DNA of 64,000 bases from Tubiluchus corallicola (taxonomy: Eukaryota > Animalia > Priapulida). Location of the stretch: NCBI GenBank assembly GCA_030141605.1, contig JAQGDQ010000290.1, positions 62,001-126,000 of the forward strand. The letters are read 5' to 3'. The translations under genes were made by a program, and so were the position numbers. The notes beneath the pieces were generated by a model. That model was not told where the DNA came from and ran no database searches. It saw nothing but the letters and a program-made list of their open reading frames with translations. Position 1 is the stretch's first letter; each line of letters opens with the position of its first letter. Positions 1-12,703 of the stretch are shown piece by piece.

Positions 1-211
1 TTATTGATTTTGTTCCAACAATCTGGCATATTTCAAATTTGTGTTCAAGATTATTTCTGTGAGAATACTTCATTGTTCCTGCTAAACATGGACTGAAGGG
101 TAATTCTGAGTATTACAACTGGAAGAGACATTTAATTAGGAATTAGGTTTTGTATGCTTCTTGGATTTGGCGATAGACAATAGCTGTTACAGAAAACAAA
201 AGGAGAGACAT

Positions 212-872
212 AGAGCACATCACTAACACTCAGTCACGCTCGAACAAAAGAGCACATCACTAACACTCACTCACGCTCGAAAAAAGAGCACATCACTAAC
301 ACTCACTCACGCTCGAAAAAAGAGCACATCACTAACACTCACTCACGCTCGAACAAAAGAGCACATCACTAACACTCACTCACGCTCGAAAAAAGAGCAC
401 ATCACTAACACTCAGTCACGCTCGAACAAAAGAGCACATCACTAACACTCACTCACGCTCGAAAAAAGAGCACATCACTAACACTCACTCATGCTCGAAC
501 AAAAGAGCACATCAGTAACACTCTCTCACGGTCGAACAAAAGAGCACATCACTAACACTCACTCACGCTCGAACAAAAGAGCACATCACTAACACTCACT
601 CACGCTCGAACAAAAGAGCACATCACTAACACTCACTCACGCTCGAACAAAAGAGCACATCACTAACACTCACTCACGCTCGAACAAAAGAGCACATCAC
701 TAACACTCACTCATGCTCGAACAAAAGAGCACATCACTAACACTCACTCACGCTCGAACAAAAGAGCACATCACTAACACTCACTCACGCTCGAACAAAA
801 GAGCACATCACTAACACTCACTCACGCTCGAACAAAAGAGCACATCACTTGTACTCACTCAAGCTCGAAAAA
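212..872. repeat. Minisatellite, ~37-bp unit (AGAGCACATCACTAACACTCACTCACGCTCGAACAAA), ~18 copies
   Basis: Directly visible head-to-tail near-identical units with minor A-run length variants. Confidence 0.95.
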
Positions 873-2022
873 ACGGAGGCAGGTAAAGAGGTACTCGCAC
901 TCGCCAGTGATACAATATTGTCTTGCTGCTTCTGATATTGAGAGCATAATGTAAGATTGTAACAATATATCATTAATGTGATTCAGGTACATTGTACACC
1001 TGATCTAACTGAACTGAAAGCAAAGACGAAACAAGTATTCCCCATTGCAGTTCGTCCCTTACGCCCAGGGTATCCGCGCTTACAGTCATTATGAGTGAAC
1101 TGCGTCCTAATCAATTCGTACGTTGATAGAATATGTGCTTAATTGGCCTTTTCAAAGTTACTGTCGTTCTACAAGCGCATGAAAACACCAGAGGGTAGAC
1201 AAAAACTTCTAGCTGTTCATGATTCCAAGCTATAATTTTGTTCAATAGACTAGTTTGTTGGTTTGTCATTTCGGAAAGACGTGCTGTTGTTCTGTAGAAA
1301 TCGCAGGGCATTTTGACAAATTGGCTTGAATTCGATCTTTTGAGTACGTGATTGATGCGTGTTCGTCCATTGGAAAGAAGTCACTTGAATACACGTCCAT
1401 TAACACTTCATGAGCTGACTCCATTTATATGGCTCAAGATTATTGATTATTTTGATGCGACGTTCTCTTTTATAACTTGAGTCGCTGTCTAGAGAGGCTT
1501 CAGATAAGTGTGAATCTTATTGATTTTTCGAAACTTACATCACCTGAATTTCTGAAATTATTTGTGAAAATGAAAAATGTTCTGACAATTAATCTTCTAA
1601 ATGAACTGAACCATTTTATTTATAGTGAAATAAAAACGATAAATAGCACCCATTTAGGAAAAGGCATGTTTATCATTCAGACACAAATATCTGAAAAGTT
1701 TCGACACAGTTAAGGCCATGTTCACTCAACAATCCACCTAAATAAAAATACAGTGTAAAAAAATACAAAAATCAACATTGTTGGAAGACAAATACTAAAT
1801 TCTAAACTTACAGATTGTGTGATTCAAAGCCAAATGACAGAAAAATAAACTTATGTCACTCCAATACTATTCACTCTCTGTGCAATGCCTGTGCGTGGTT
1901 TTTTATAGTGTAAATCCAATTTATTTTAATGATTTAAATTATAACTAGCAACTTGAGGAAAGTTGAGTTTTGAATTTCGAGGCCTGTTACTGATTTAGGT
2001 TGTGTTTTGAGTTTATTAATAT

Positions 2023-2423
2023 TGAGCTGAACACGGAAAGGTGCATTATACAGTTCTATTTATAGGCACCAGGCCAGCCAACCTACAGGTAATGTTATGA
2101 CCTCCACTTTAAACTAGGAAGCCCATAACATTACCTGCGATTGGTTGAGCAGTGGTTTCCTGTGGAAAATCGTCAGTTGTCTTTTGGTTGTCGTGGAATG
2201 CACTTCTCCTGTCTGCCTGCCGAGTGTCGAGGATTCCGTAGGGTTTGAAGCATTGTCATCAGGTTTTTTTCTATTGTGTTGTTCTTCTCAGCCGTCCCTT
2301 TTGAATTCTAAGTTTTGGTTTTGTTGTTTCTTTTTTTTAATCTCTGCAGTGTCTGTTATGCAGCGCTTACCGCATCACCGATGGTGGGCCGTAAGGCTAT
2401 CTACCGGGTCGAACCCCGGAACA
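2023..2423 (-). mobile_element. Solo LTR of an LTR retrotransposon (copy 1), 401 bp
   Basis: TG...CA termini; 4-bp TSD ATAT at 2019-2022 and 2424-2427; end-to-end homolog at 45686-46092. Orientation inferred from an AATAAA near the minus-strand 3' end of copy 2. Confidence 0.75.
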
Positions 2424-4034
2424 ATATTTTGGATGTTTTCCACAATGCTACGATTTTAAAATGCTTATTAACTCAAAAATTTTCAAATCTGTCAGTAAAA
2501 TAGTAGTTTCTCATTTTCGTAGTCTCTGCATTATTATAATTGTGCCCACTTATTATAAAAGACTTCTTCAGTCCTGTTTCGTTCAAGAAAATTGACAGTT
2601 TTTATGTGTTTGAAGGAAAGCACAAGTCACTCAGTGTGTTGGGTTTATTTTACTGTTATCACTTAGACTTAGAAAAATATAAAAAGATATTTGAAAAAAA
2701 CTGTCTTTAAAGCACAAATTTGGAATATACTACCGCTGAATAAAAATTTTCAGGCGTGATGGTTGCTGCCATTCAGTTAAAAATCATGACGCAACTGGGA
2801 GACTTCGTGACTTTACGTAAGCGCGGGCTGCTTAAACTAATTCAAACTTTTGCAACTTATCCAATGTTCAGGCAAAAATATACAAAATTACCTACCTGTT
2901 TTTTTTTGTAAAAACTTGTTACACTTTTGACGAAGATTGACAGTGCGATACTTTCCTTCAAGACGAATGACGTCACTGAAAATGGCAGCGCCCAAGCATG
3001 AAGTGAACGCCACCTTAAAGTGATTTTACTAGTCACACGAGGCGCTTATTGCAGTTTTATTACTAAATTCTTCCAACATTTTTTCGCAAACATTGAAGTC
3101 TGACTTCCCAGAAGACTTGACCTTTTCTTTAAATAATGTGTCCTGAACTGGAAATTTTTTTTCATTAAGTTCGACATTCGCTTATGGATTGACAGCATTG
3201 TAGTTTGTCTGACCTGACAGATTACAGATTTTACATTGTGAATACGTGCCACCTTTCTTCTTTTGGGGTAAAACGCAGATCTGCAGTAAATTTTAAAGAG
3301 CTCTGTTGATTTTTACATTTTGTAATTTGTCGCGAACAGCCTGCAACTGACGTTGTCTAATGAGCCTGTCGACTTTTCTGTTCAATTTCTCAAGTATTTC
3401 ACGCCATTTTCAAGTTCATCGCAAACTAAACGTGCAAAGCGCATGCGCGTCAAAATTTTTGGATTGTTCAATTTTAACTATTTTTTTTAACCTTTTGCCT
3501 AACTAGAGATTGTAATAATTCTGTTTTTATAACGGATTACATCTGTTTTGAGACTCTCAACTATATGATGTTTTAAATTATTTGGCTACATGTTGAGACA
3601 GTAATTATAACATAAATTGTAGTTATATTTTTTGTTTATGGCTATTGAATTTCGCGCTAAAATTTTGGCGTATCTATGCCGTGTTGCACGGAATGAGTGC
3701 GGTCCCCATGGAAACAATTTTTGCCGACGTAAAACGTGCGGACAGAAAAGTCGGCGTCTGTGTGTGTCTGTGTGGACGCAGTGGAAACGCGGCCTAATAT
3801 GCCGTGATTGCATAACGCATGTTAATGCATCATTACCAGTTAAATTTTGTAATATTCAGAAATGCAACGGGTTACAGTATTTAACGAAAAATTGTGTGCA
3901 ACATTACGTGCACAGTAAAAAAATGGTATTCATCGTTTGCTAGTTAGAAGAAAGACACTTCTACATTACTTAGAAGAAATACTTAATCCTGGCGAAATTC
4001 ATATCATATCAATATTATTGGAAGATCTTCTAAT

Positions 4035-4404
4035 TAGGGGTGAGCGAATTTGTGACTTTCGAATTCGAATCGAACCGAACTTCAGTGTTTCGAATTCGAA
4101 CCGAATTCGAATTGAGATTGAACGATTTTCGAACAAGTTTTCGAACCACCAGTAAAAATTAGTCTTACAAAGATCATGTGTATCACTAGATTTTGTTCTG
4201 CTATAAAACGACTAGTAATTTGTTTAAAATTGTGCACAGAAATCACTGCTAAATTACGCTAATTGCATGTTGTTTCAATCGTTTTAGTGATCAGGAACAT
4301 ATGTGATTGAAGTGCTGAATTATTCGAATCTATAGTTTTGGGTTCGAATCGAGTTCGAACTAAAAAAAACTCGTTCGAACTCGAACATTCGATGCTCACC
4401 CCTA
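4035..4404. mobile_element. Non-autonomous hAT-type DNA transposon (MITE), 370 bp
   Basis: Perfect 11-bp TIR TAGGGGTGAGC/GCTCACCCCTA; perfect 8-bp TSD CTTCTAAT (4027-4034, 4405-4412); subterminal TCGAA repeats. Confidence 0.9.
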
Positions 4405-4599
4405 CTTCTAATTAGTGTTAGATGTGAGGGCAGACTGTGTGATTTATTTCCACAAATAAGGGAATACCTCAAGGAGACTGCCTTTTTTTCGCATTTGTTT
4501 TGTTAGTCCTGTTTTTTTCACTCTTTATTTTGCTACAGCATTAATGGACAGTATACCCGGAAAAGAACTTTGTGACCACAATTATACAAATCTGGGTCC

Positions 4600-4975
4600 A
4601 GAAAAGTTACTATGGGGAACAGAATTAGAACACAATTGGGCTAATAAAACGAAATCAGGATCTGTACAATAAACTCAATACAGAGGAATGGACAATTAAA
4701 ACCAAAAGGAGACGATTAAGGTGGATAGGACGTGTTATGCGACTACCAGATGACAATCTATTAAAGTTAGCTTTCAAAGAAGCACAGCAGAAAGAAAAGA
4801 AACCGGAAGGAGGACAGCTGCTGACTTACATCAATTTCATTCAAAAAGATGTTAACAACACACCATTATATATCAAATACAGAGACATGGAAGGTTGCGG
4901 GTGACAGGGCAGCATAGAGTAAAGTGAACAAGAGGGTCATGTCAAACGACGTGTCACTCCAGAGAGATGAGAGAG
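4600..4975 (+). mobile_element. RTE-clade LINE, degenerate 3' fragment
   Basis: Translates to KRRRLRWIGRVMRLPDDNLLKLAFKE, matching the RRLRWxGHVxR motif at the RTE ORF C-terminus. Confidence 0.75.
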
Positions 4976-5227
4976 ATATGTCACATATTTCATATAAATA
5001 AACGAATTTCTCTTCACGCAGGTGGCCTTTCATATGGCCCATGTTCTTATTGCAAGGTTATGAGTTTTCGTAATAAGTTTGTTATGAGCAATATGACGAT
5101 AGTATGAAGAGCAGCGATAAATATGCGAGGAATGATAGGTTCTAAAATAAGGTTTGTTTAACAGGTTTATGACAGAAAGAAACTGAAACGCTGTCTGAGA
5201 CACAGTGCGAGAAATGTGATGTAAAAT

Positions 5228-5680
5228 TTACTTATATAGCGAACTACATCATTTAAAATCTCAGCACGCTGAACAACAAAATACATTTAAAATTCATAAG
5301 AAACACAAAATTTTAAAAACATTATAAATGAAAAATAATTCATCGTAAAAAAATACAATTTAAACAAACGTGTTTTAAGACGTTGTTTAAAACAATCTAA
5401 TGAATTTGTAGACCGTATAGCAACAGGTAAATTATTCGGGAGACGTACAACACAGGCAGAAAAAGTTGTTTCACCACAGAATACTGTATTAGGAATTGGC
5501 TGATGTAAATTAATTTGTTCATTAGCATTAGAACGAAGTGTTCGGTCTGTGTTACAGCGTATTAAAAGGTCAGTAGGTACGCAGGTGCCACACCGTATTT
5601 TAAATTGAATTCGGAACTTTATCGGCAACCAATGTAACTCTCTTAGAATGGGTGTAAACTGTGTAAGTTTCGTTTCAGGC
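5228..5680 (-). mobile_element. L2-clade LINE 3' fragment
   Basis: Minus-strand ELHWLPIKFRIQFKI...RTLRS...NNLP...FKQRLKTRLFK is a typical L2 ORF2 C-terminus (ORF 5287-5628). Confidence 0.8.
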
Positions 5681-6307
5681 TGTTTATAGTAGAGGCTCTA
5701 TGTAATCTCATATCGCTCTAGAAATCAAATCATCGAATCATTAATTACAGATCGTGTTCCTCTTAATTAGTGAAATGAGATTTTCGCGTGCATGTTGCGA
5801 GAAACTCAAATTGTAGAACTTGCCTTTTAAATTAGTTCTACCTTATTAATTTTCTGATCACGTCACCATGTCGTTTTGTTTCTTCTGTTTTTGTTTGTTT
5901 TACCTGTGCTAAGCTGATTATTGTCGTGATTTACACTAGTGCAAATCAAAGACTGGGTTTATATTTCACATGAATAATTCATTGTGATTAACACTTATGG
6001 TTTGCTTGGCTTTAACGTACAAAAGCTCAATTAAATAGACTTTAATTATAGAGGTTGTCTCAAAGGTCAGCATACACTTTCATATCGAATTTTCTTTTTA
6101 AAATTTTCTCCAATCTCAGCAAGCTCTCACGTGAATCAAAAGGGGCCTTTGATAATTTTTTTATTTAATTGTTGTCTGAAACCACGTTGCTATGACTACC
6201 ACAGCAATGTTAGAAATGAGGCCCTTCCATGACTAACTGAATCTCAGCGGAAATCAGAACACCATATGAAATACGCCATTTTCCCATTGTAACATGTAAT
6301 TTTTCAG

Positions 6308-6417
6308 CAAGATGCAGCCCTTTTTCTCCACTCATGGGCGTGAGAGACTTTCTCAATGCAATATGCCCGACATGCCAGTTGGACTGGTCTCTGAAGCTCC
6401 TTAAGACCCTGAAGAAG
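6308..6417 (+). other. Possible internal exon of an unidentified + strand gene
   Basis: Acceptor taatttttcag; one open frame RCSPFSPLMGVRDFLNAICPTCQLDWSLKLLKTLKK; weak donor gtagag (alternative gtgaga at 6340). No recognisable homology. Confidence 0.25.
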
Positions 6418-6668
6418 GTAGAGAAAATGGCAAGGGATACTAGTGCAGTAGTTCTTTTCAGCTTTTCGTCTTATTTGACTAAAAGAATTGCTCAAGGTTT
6501 TAGTTCATCTGTACTAATTTTCAAACACTTTGTTTTGATATGGAAATGTAAAGTTTATAGTGACTTCTGAGTCACTCTGTATTATAACATCCAAGGTTGC
6601 CCTTTGTTACCGATCATCCAGAAAGGGAGCGTTTCTCTGCTCAGTCCTGCCAAGTGCTCATGGGATGC

Positions 6669-6740
6669 AAAGGTCAAGCAGCGCTAAGCTTAGTTAGCAA
6701 ATAAATGGATGACATTGGAAAAAACTACGATTTTGTCTGC
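6669..6740 (+). mobile_element. Highly degenerate 5S-rRNA-like segment (old SINE3-type head?)
   Basis: AAGGTCAAGCAGCGCTAAGCTTAGTTAGCAAATAAATGGATGAC aligns loosely with the 5S box A-IE-box C region (AAGTTAAGCAACG...GTTAGTACTTGGATGGGTGAC). Confidence 0.4.
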
Positions 6741-8020
6741 CATGCATCCATGCTATTATCTATGTGAGGGAGGATGTATACTTTTGCAATGGCATCTCTG
6801 CCGAGCCAGTGTCTAAAAGTATTGCCGTAGATCATTGGCTAGATTTCGGTCCTGCCATTGCAATTCAATATTAGCAGTATATTATATATTCCAGCTTGCA
6901 AATGATCGAACTGTATAAAATACCTATATTTTATAATGCCCCAAGAGCTCTAAGTCGTCCAACATGCCTTCATGTATTAACATATAAATCTACTTATGAG
7001 CAGATGAAAAACAGATACTCAGTTTACATTATTGGCCGTCCAGATCCAGTAGGACTATGGCATTAGTGAGCACTGAAAAGGAAGCCAGTTTTTTGCAAAA
7101 GAATGATATTGATAAAAGACTGTGTCATGAAGCTTTTGTCGGGCTGAATGCTCCAGGCTGTTATTGCTCGTATTTCTTCATTTGATATAGGCTAGCTGAT
7201 ATGACGTATTTTACCAAATTACGAGGGATTACAACCTCTGTGTACAGTTACATTAATTCACGTTTGCAAGTGTAATGCGAGACTACTGTCAGTTGTTAGC
7301 CACTCTGGCTCGGTTAACGGAAAACCGGACGATTGTGTACACATTCGTTCAGAATAAAGAATGCTCTAAAATATTGAAAACTACAATAGCTTTTTTAATA
7401 AATAATAATTACCTCGGATACTCAATTTTCGTTAAACTTTCAAATGTACGCGCGGCTCAGTGAATCTACTAAGATTGGCAGCGGCGCCTTTTTTTCACAT
7501 CCGCATGGCCGACAAATAGAAGGCGGTACCGTGATAAGCATGATCATGAACTGCAGTGTTAGCTTCTGACGTCATATGATGTAAAGCCTATTTTTTGTGA
7601 CATCATGCGTTTAAACAGTAACATTTATGCAAATGTGTTTGATGCGCGAGGGAAGATGCCTGCCATTGCTCAAACTGTTGTTAGTTTCTGAGGCAATAGC
7701 TGTGTTCGGTTAATTAACTTTCTAAGCTAATTATTCAAATATAATAAACAATTGCTAACTTTTATAGGTAAGAAAATGTATATTTTGCACGGCGCAATGA
7801 AAAGCTCAACTTTCACCAAACTTCTACTCATATAACTCGTCAGGAATACGATTTTTTGCTATAGAAAGATCTACAGGTACACGTCATACACAACTCCAGG
7901 GGGCGGTTTATTTTATTTGATGTAATGCTTTGTTTTTAATCAAGTTTTTAGTTGTGCCTAAATTAAAACACGTGAATTAAAACAATGTTTTCGTCATTTG
8001 TATGGTGCAGGGTGCTCAGG

Positions 8021-9688
8021 GGTGCAGCGCATTGGTCAACAGGCTGCTCGCTTCGTCTTGGCCAGTTTTGCTTAGCGGTGCAGCGCATTGGTCAACAGGC
8101 TGCTCGCTTCGTCTTGGCCAGTTTTGCTTAGCGGTGCAGCGCATTGGTCAACAGGCTGCTCGCTTCGTCTTGACCAGTTTTGCTTAGCGGTACAGCGCAT
8201 TGGTCAACAAGCTGCTCGCTTCGTCTTGGCCAGTTTTCCTTAGTGGTGCAGCGCATTGGTCAACAGGCTGCTCGCTTCGTCTTGGTCAGTTTTCCTTAGC
8301 GGTGCAGCGCATTGGTCAACAAGCTGCTCGCTTCATCTTGACCAGTTTTGCTTAGCGGTGCAGCGCATTGGTCAACAAGCTGCTCGCTTCATCTTGGTCA
8401 GTTTTCCTTAGCGGTGCAGCGCATTGGTCAACAAGCTGCTCGCTTCATCTTGGTCAGTTTTCCTTAGCGGTGCAGCGCATTGGTCAACAAGCTGCTCGCT
8501 TCGTCTTGACCAGTTTTGCTTAGCGGTGCAGCGCATTGGTCAACAGGCTGCTCGCTTCGTCTTGACCAGTTTTGCTTAGCGGTGCAGCGCTTTGGTCAAC
8601 AGGCTGCTCGCTTCATCTTGACCAGTTTTGCTTAGCGGTGCAGCGCTTTGGTCAACAGGCTGCTCGCTTCGTCTTGTCCAGTTTTGCTTAGCGGTGCAGC
8701 GCATTGGTCAACAAGCTGCTCGCTTCATCTTGACCAGTTTTGCTTAGCGGTGCAGCGCTTTGGTCAACAGGCTGCTCGCTTCGTCTTGTCCAGTTCTGCT
8801 TAGCGGAGCAGCGCATTGGTCAACAAGCTGCTCGCTTCATCTTGACCAGTTTTGCTTAGCGGTGCAGCGCTTTGGTCAACAGGCTGCTCGCTTCGTCTTG
8901 ACCAGTTTTGCTTAGCGGTGCAGCGCTTTGGTCAACAGGCTGCTCGCTTCGTCTTGACCAGTTTTGCTTAGCGGTGCAGTGCATTGGTCAACAAGCTGCT
9001 CGCTTCATCTTGACCAGTTTTGCTTAGCGGTGCAGCGCTTTGGTCAACAGGCTGCTCGCTTCGTCTTGTCCAGTTTTGCTTAGCGGTGCAGCGCATTGGT
9101 CAACAAGCTGCTCGCTTCATCTTGACCAGTTTTGCTTAGCGGTGCAGCGCTTTGGTCAACAGGCTGCTCGCTTCGTCTTGTCCAGTTCTGCTTAGCGGAG
9201 CAGCGCATTGGTCAACAAGCTGCTCGCTTCATCTTGACCAGTTTTGCTTAGCGGTGCAGCGCTTTGGTCAACAGGCTGCTCGCTTCGTCTTGACCAGTTT
9301 TGCTTAGCGGTGCAGCGCTTTGGTCAACAGGCTGCTCGCTTCGTCTTGACCAGTTTTGCTTAGCGGTGCAGTGCATTGGTCAACAAGCTGCTCGCTTCAT
9401 CTTGACCAGTTTTGCTTAGCGGTGCAGCGCTTTGGTCAACAGGCTGCTCGCTTCGTCTTGTCCAGTTTTGCTTAGCGGTGCAGCGCTTTGGTCAACAGGC
9501 TGCTCGCTTCGTCTTGACCAGTTTTGCTTAGCGGTACAGCGCATTGGTCAACAGGCTGCTCGCTTCATCTTGACCAGTTTTGCTTAGCGGTGCAGCGCTT
9601 TGGTCAACAGGCTGCTCGCTTCGTCTTGTCCAGTTTTGCTTAGCGGTGCAGCGCATTGGTCAACAAGCTGCTCGCTTCATCTTGACCA
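8021..9688. repeat. Minisatellite, 56-bp unit, ~30 copies, with a 7-unit (392-bp) higher-order duplication
   Basis: Unit CAGCGCATTGGTCAACAGGCTGCTCGCTTCGTCTTGACCAGTTTTGCTTAGCGGTG; rare variants recur exactly 392 bp apart (8791/9183, 8971/9363). Confidence 0.95.
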
Positions 9689-10229
9689 GGTTCTTTGGGT
9701 ACGTTTCTACTGAAAGGGTATGCAACCTATGCAGGTCAACTTACATTTTGGACATATTCCAGATATATACGGAATACAAGGCGCTAAATATGTCTAGGGT
9801 GTGAATTACTATATGTCTGAATTACTGAACATATTGATACTGAAGTGTCCTGGTCACCTAGTGAGTAATTTAACAAAAATCCATTTACCAGGTGTCCTGG
9901 TTTTCAAATGCTTGACTTTACCATATAGTTACCATGTAGGTTATATGAAATTTTTCGTTTAAACAAGTATTTTGTTGCCAAGTTGCAAGGTTACTTATTA
10001 AGCGAGGCCTAATAAACGACTAACTGCTAGTACGTACTGTATTCTGAATTACTATATGCTGTGGAATATCTCCACCGATTTAATTAACAAGTGTTCAGCA
10101 TGCCGTTCAAGCTGCATTTATAAATTGTTTGTTGTTGGTCAAATTTTTGCTGTCAGAATCAAAGTGCATTGACAGAAGTGTAACACTGAGCTGAGCGGGC
10201 TTAATTACAGGCACAATATTTAAATAAAA

Positions 10230-10614
10230 TAGGCGGAGGAGTTGCACAAGGCAGCCAACGGCTAGAGGGCGGAGGAGGTCAAGTGATCCAACGGCCATGT
10301 GTGGAGGAGTAAACCTTCCAAATCAGGAGTGGAGCCCCGAAGGCGGACCAGTGCAGCATGCTCACTGACTCCGGCAGCTCCTGCAGCCAACCTGGTGCCA
10401 AACGTATCGCTCCGCTTTGCTTTGGACTACACCAGCGAGGAAGAGAGGGGGTTCCTGTTGTCTGGGCAACTCAGGATCTCCATACACCTTGCCCAGGCGT
10501 GCGCCCTGGAGACGTTCAAAGATCGGACTGCTCAGTCACAGTCGACGCTGCAGCTCCATCAATGTGATCAATGGCTCTCTTGGCGCACACTCCATTGTCT
10601 TCCGAGACAGAAGG
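10230..10614 (+). mobile_element. 5'-truncated copy of the 5S/RTE SINE
   Basis: Homologous to 39124-39515 and 15811-16236; 12-bp TSD ATTTAAATAAAA (10218-10229, 10615-10626); ends at the RTE-type 3' hairpin TGTCT-TCCG-AGACA-GAAGG. Confidence 0.88.
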
Positions 10615-12220
10615 ATTTAAATAAAACTATTCAAATTATTTCATTAAATAGGTTCCTGTGCTGGTATATATTTTAAAAACCACTGTTGTCTTGTTAAGAA
10701 GAAACTGAACACGATTTTTATCAGTCTCGGATGACTTAATTAGGTTCAATAACCGTAAAATAACAGCTTTTAGTAACGACTCGAGGAAGTTAGTTTTCGT
10801 TTTTGTCATTTTCTGTTTCTTATATGTTTTGATGAAATTCTTTAAATTCTTTCCGTAGCTGCCGGATGGAGCTCAAAATTCGTGAATTTATTTACTTTTT
10901 CTGGGTAATTTCGTAAAAGCGACGATAGTAACCAACCACATGTTTTCATCATACATGTATATGATTACATTCATTACACACTTTCCTCGCTTGTCAGTCC
11001 TCGGTAGCCACAGGGCAAGATGTTATTAAGTCTTACATGATTTATCAATCTAATTTGTAAGTAATTTTAGCAAAGCGCTGATTGTAATAAACCGCATGCA
11101 ACACGACGAGCACTTAATGCAGGAATTATTTACACTACGGAGCAATATATTAATAAGTATCAACATTTTCATGAATTCATTTTGTTAAGGAATAATTTTA
11201 GAAAAGCGCGAATAAGCCTTTTCACAGCTTCGTTGTGCGCATGCGCAGTTGCTGTGGACTGAAAAATAAGTGTGCCATATCAACACGTCTTAACTACGAC
11301 CGTCACGTGACATTTAGGTAAAGTAAAGCCGCTGCCCGCCTCAGTTCGGTAACTTCAGTTGTTTTACATGGATTTTACTTAATTATGCATTCGACTGACT
11401 TAGTAACAGGATCTTTACTTGGGAACAAGAAAAAAATGAACTAGGTAAAAGGTTCTAGCTAGCTGTTAAAGCTGCTACTATTGCAATAGTTTGGGCTGCG
11501 AGGCGTTATCAAGTGCACACAAATGCTATGTACACACTTATTCTAGAAAACTGTGCACTGTTACATAGCAAGCAGACGCCGATGCTAGCATCTCATATCT
11601 TTGCATAGTTTCAGAATGAAAAAAGATAGGAAATCTCTCATTTTCAGCATCATTCCCGACATTCATTTGTCATGAAGCAGCTGCTTGGCTCGTCACTCAG
11701 AACAGACGCCCGATAAGCTTCACTAGCTCTGAAGCCCTTCTTGTTTACAATAAAAACATCGCAAGCAGCTGCATTGCTGTTTCAATGTTACATCAAATGG
11801 GCTTCCTCTCTCTGCAGCCTATCAATCCGCATTAATTGATGACGCAGGGAGGCCTGTCATTAACCCTATACCCTTACTAACTCGAATCCAAGCGAACATG
11901 ATAGCTAATTTGATTACTTTGATGAAAGTGGTTTGCCGGGTAAATGTTATTAATCATGCTTTGATTAGCAGCTGCGATGTGTATTCATTTAGCAGGAAAT
12001 GATGTAATTAATTAATAGTTCATGAACGATCGCTAATTATCTCTAAAAACATGGTTTTTGCTTTGGTTGTGTTTCAAGGTTACCTTGGTTCTCAGCTTTG
12101 TGTTTGTTTGTCATTGATTTTCACTGTTGGCTTCTAAGCAATCATTAAATACCGAACAATTTTTACCCTATTGAGACCCCAGGCGCACTATTTGAAAGTT
12201 GAAACTGATAGATGGCGCTA

Positions 12221-12340
12221 CAACTACTGCTACTGGTACTGCTACTGCTGCTATTGCTGCTACTGTTACTACTGCCACTACTGCTACTATTGCTACCACT
12301 ACTGCTACTGCTGCTGCTACTGCTACTACTGCTACTACTG

Positions 12341-12421
<81 letters not shown>

Positions 12422-12703
12422 CTACTACGACTACTACTACTACTACAGCTACAGCTACTGCTACTGCTACAGCTACTGCTACAGCTACTGCTACTGCTAC
12501 TGCTACTACTACTGCTACTGCTACTGCTACTGCTACCGCTACGGCTGCTGCTACTACTGCTACTACTGCTGCTGCTGCTACTACTGCTGCTACTACTGCT
12601 ACAGCTACTGCTACTGCCACTGGTACTGCTACAGCTACTGCTACCATTGCTGCTACTGTTACTACTGTTTCTATTGCTACTGCTACTACTACTACTACTA
12701 CTA
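12221..12703. repeat. Compound (ACT/GCT)n trinucleotide microsatellite
   Basis: Directly visible; explains the poly-T/L/Y/V ORFs. Confidence 0.95.
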
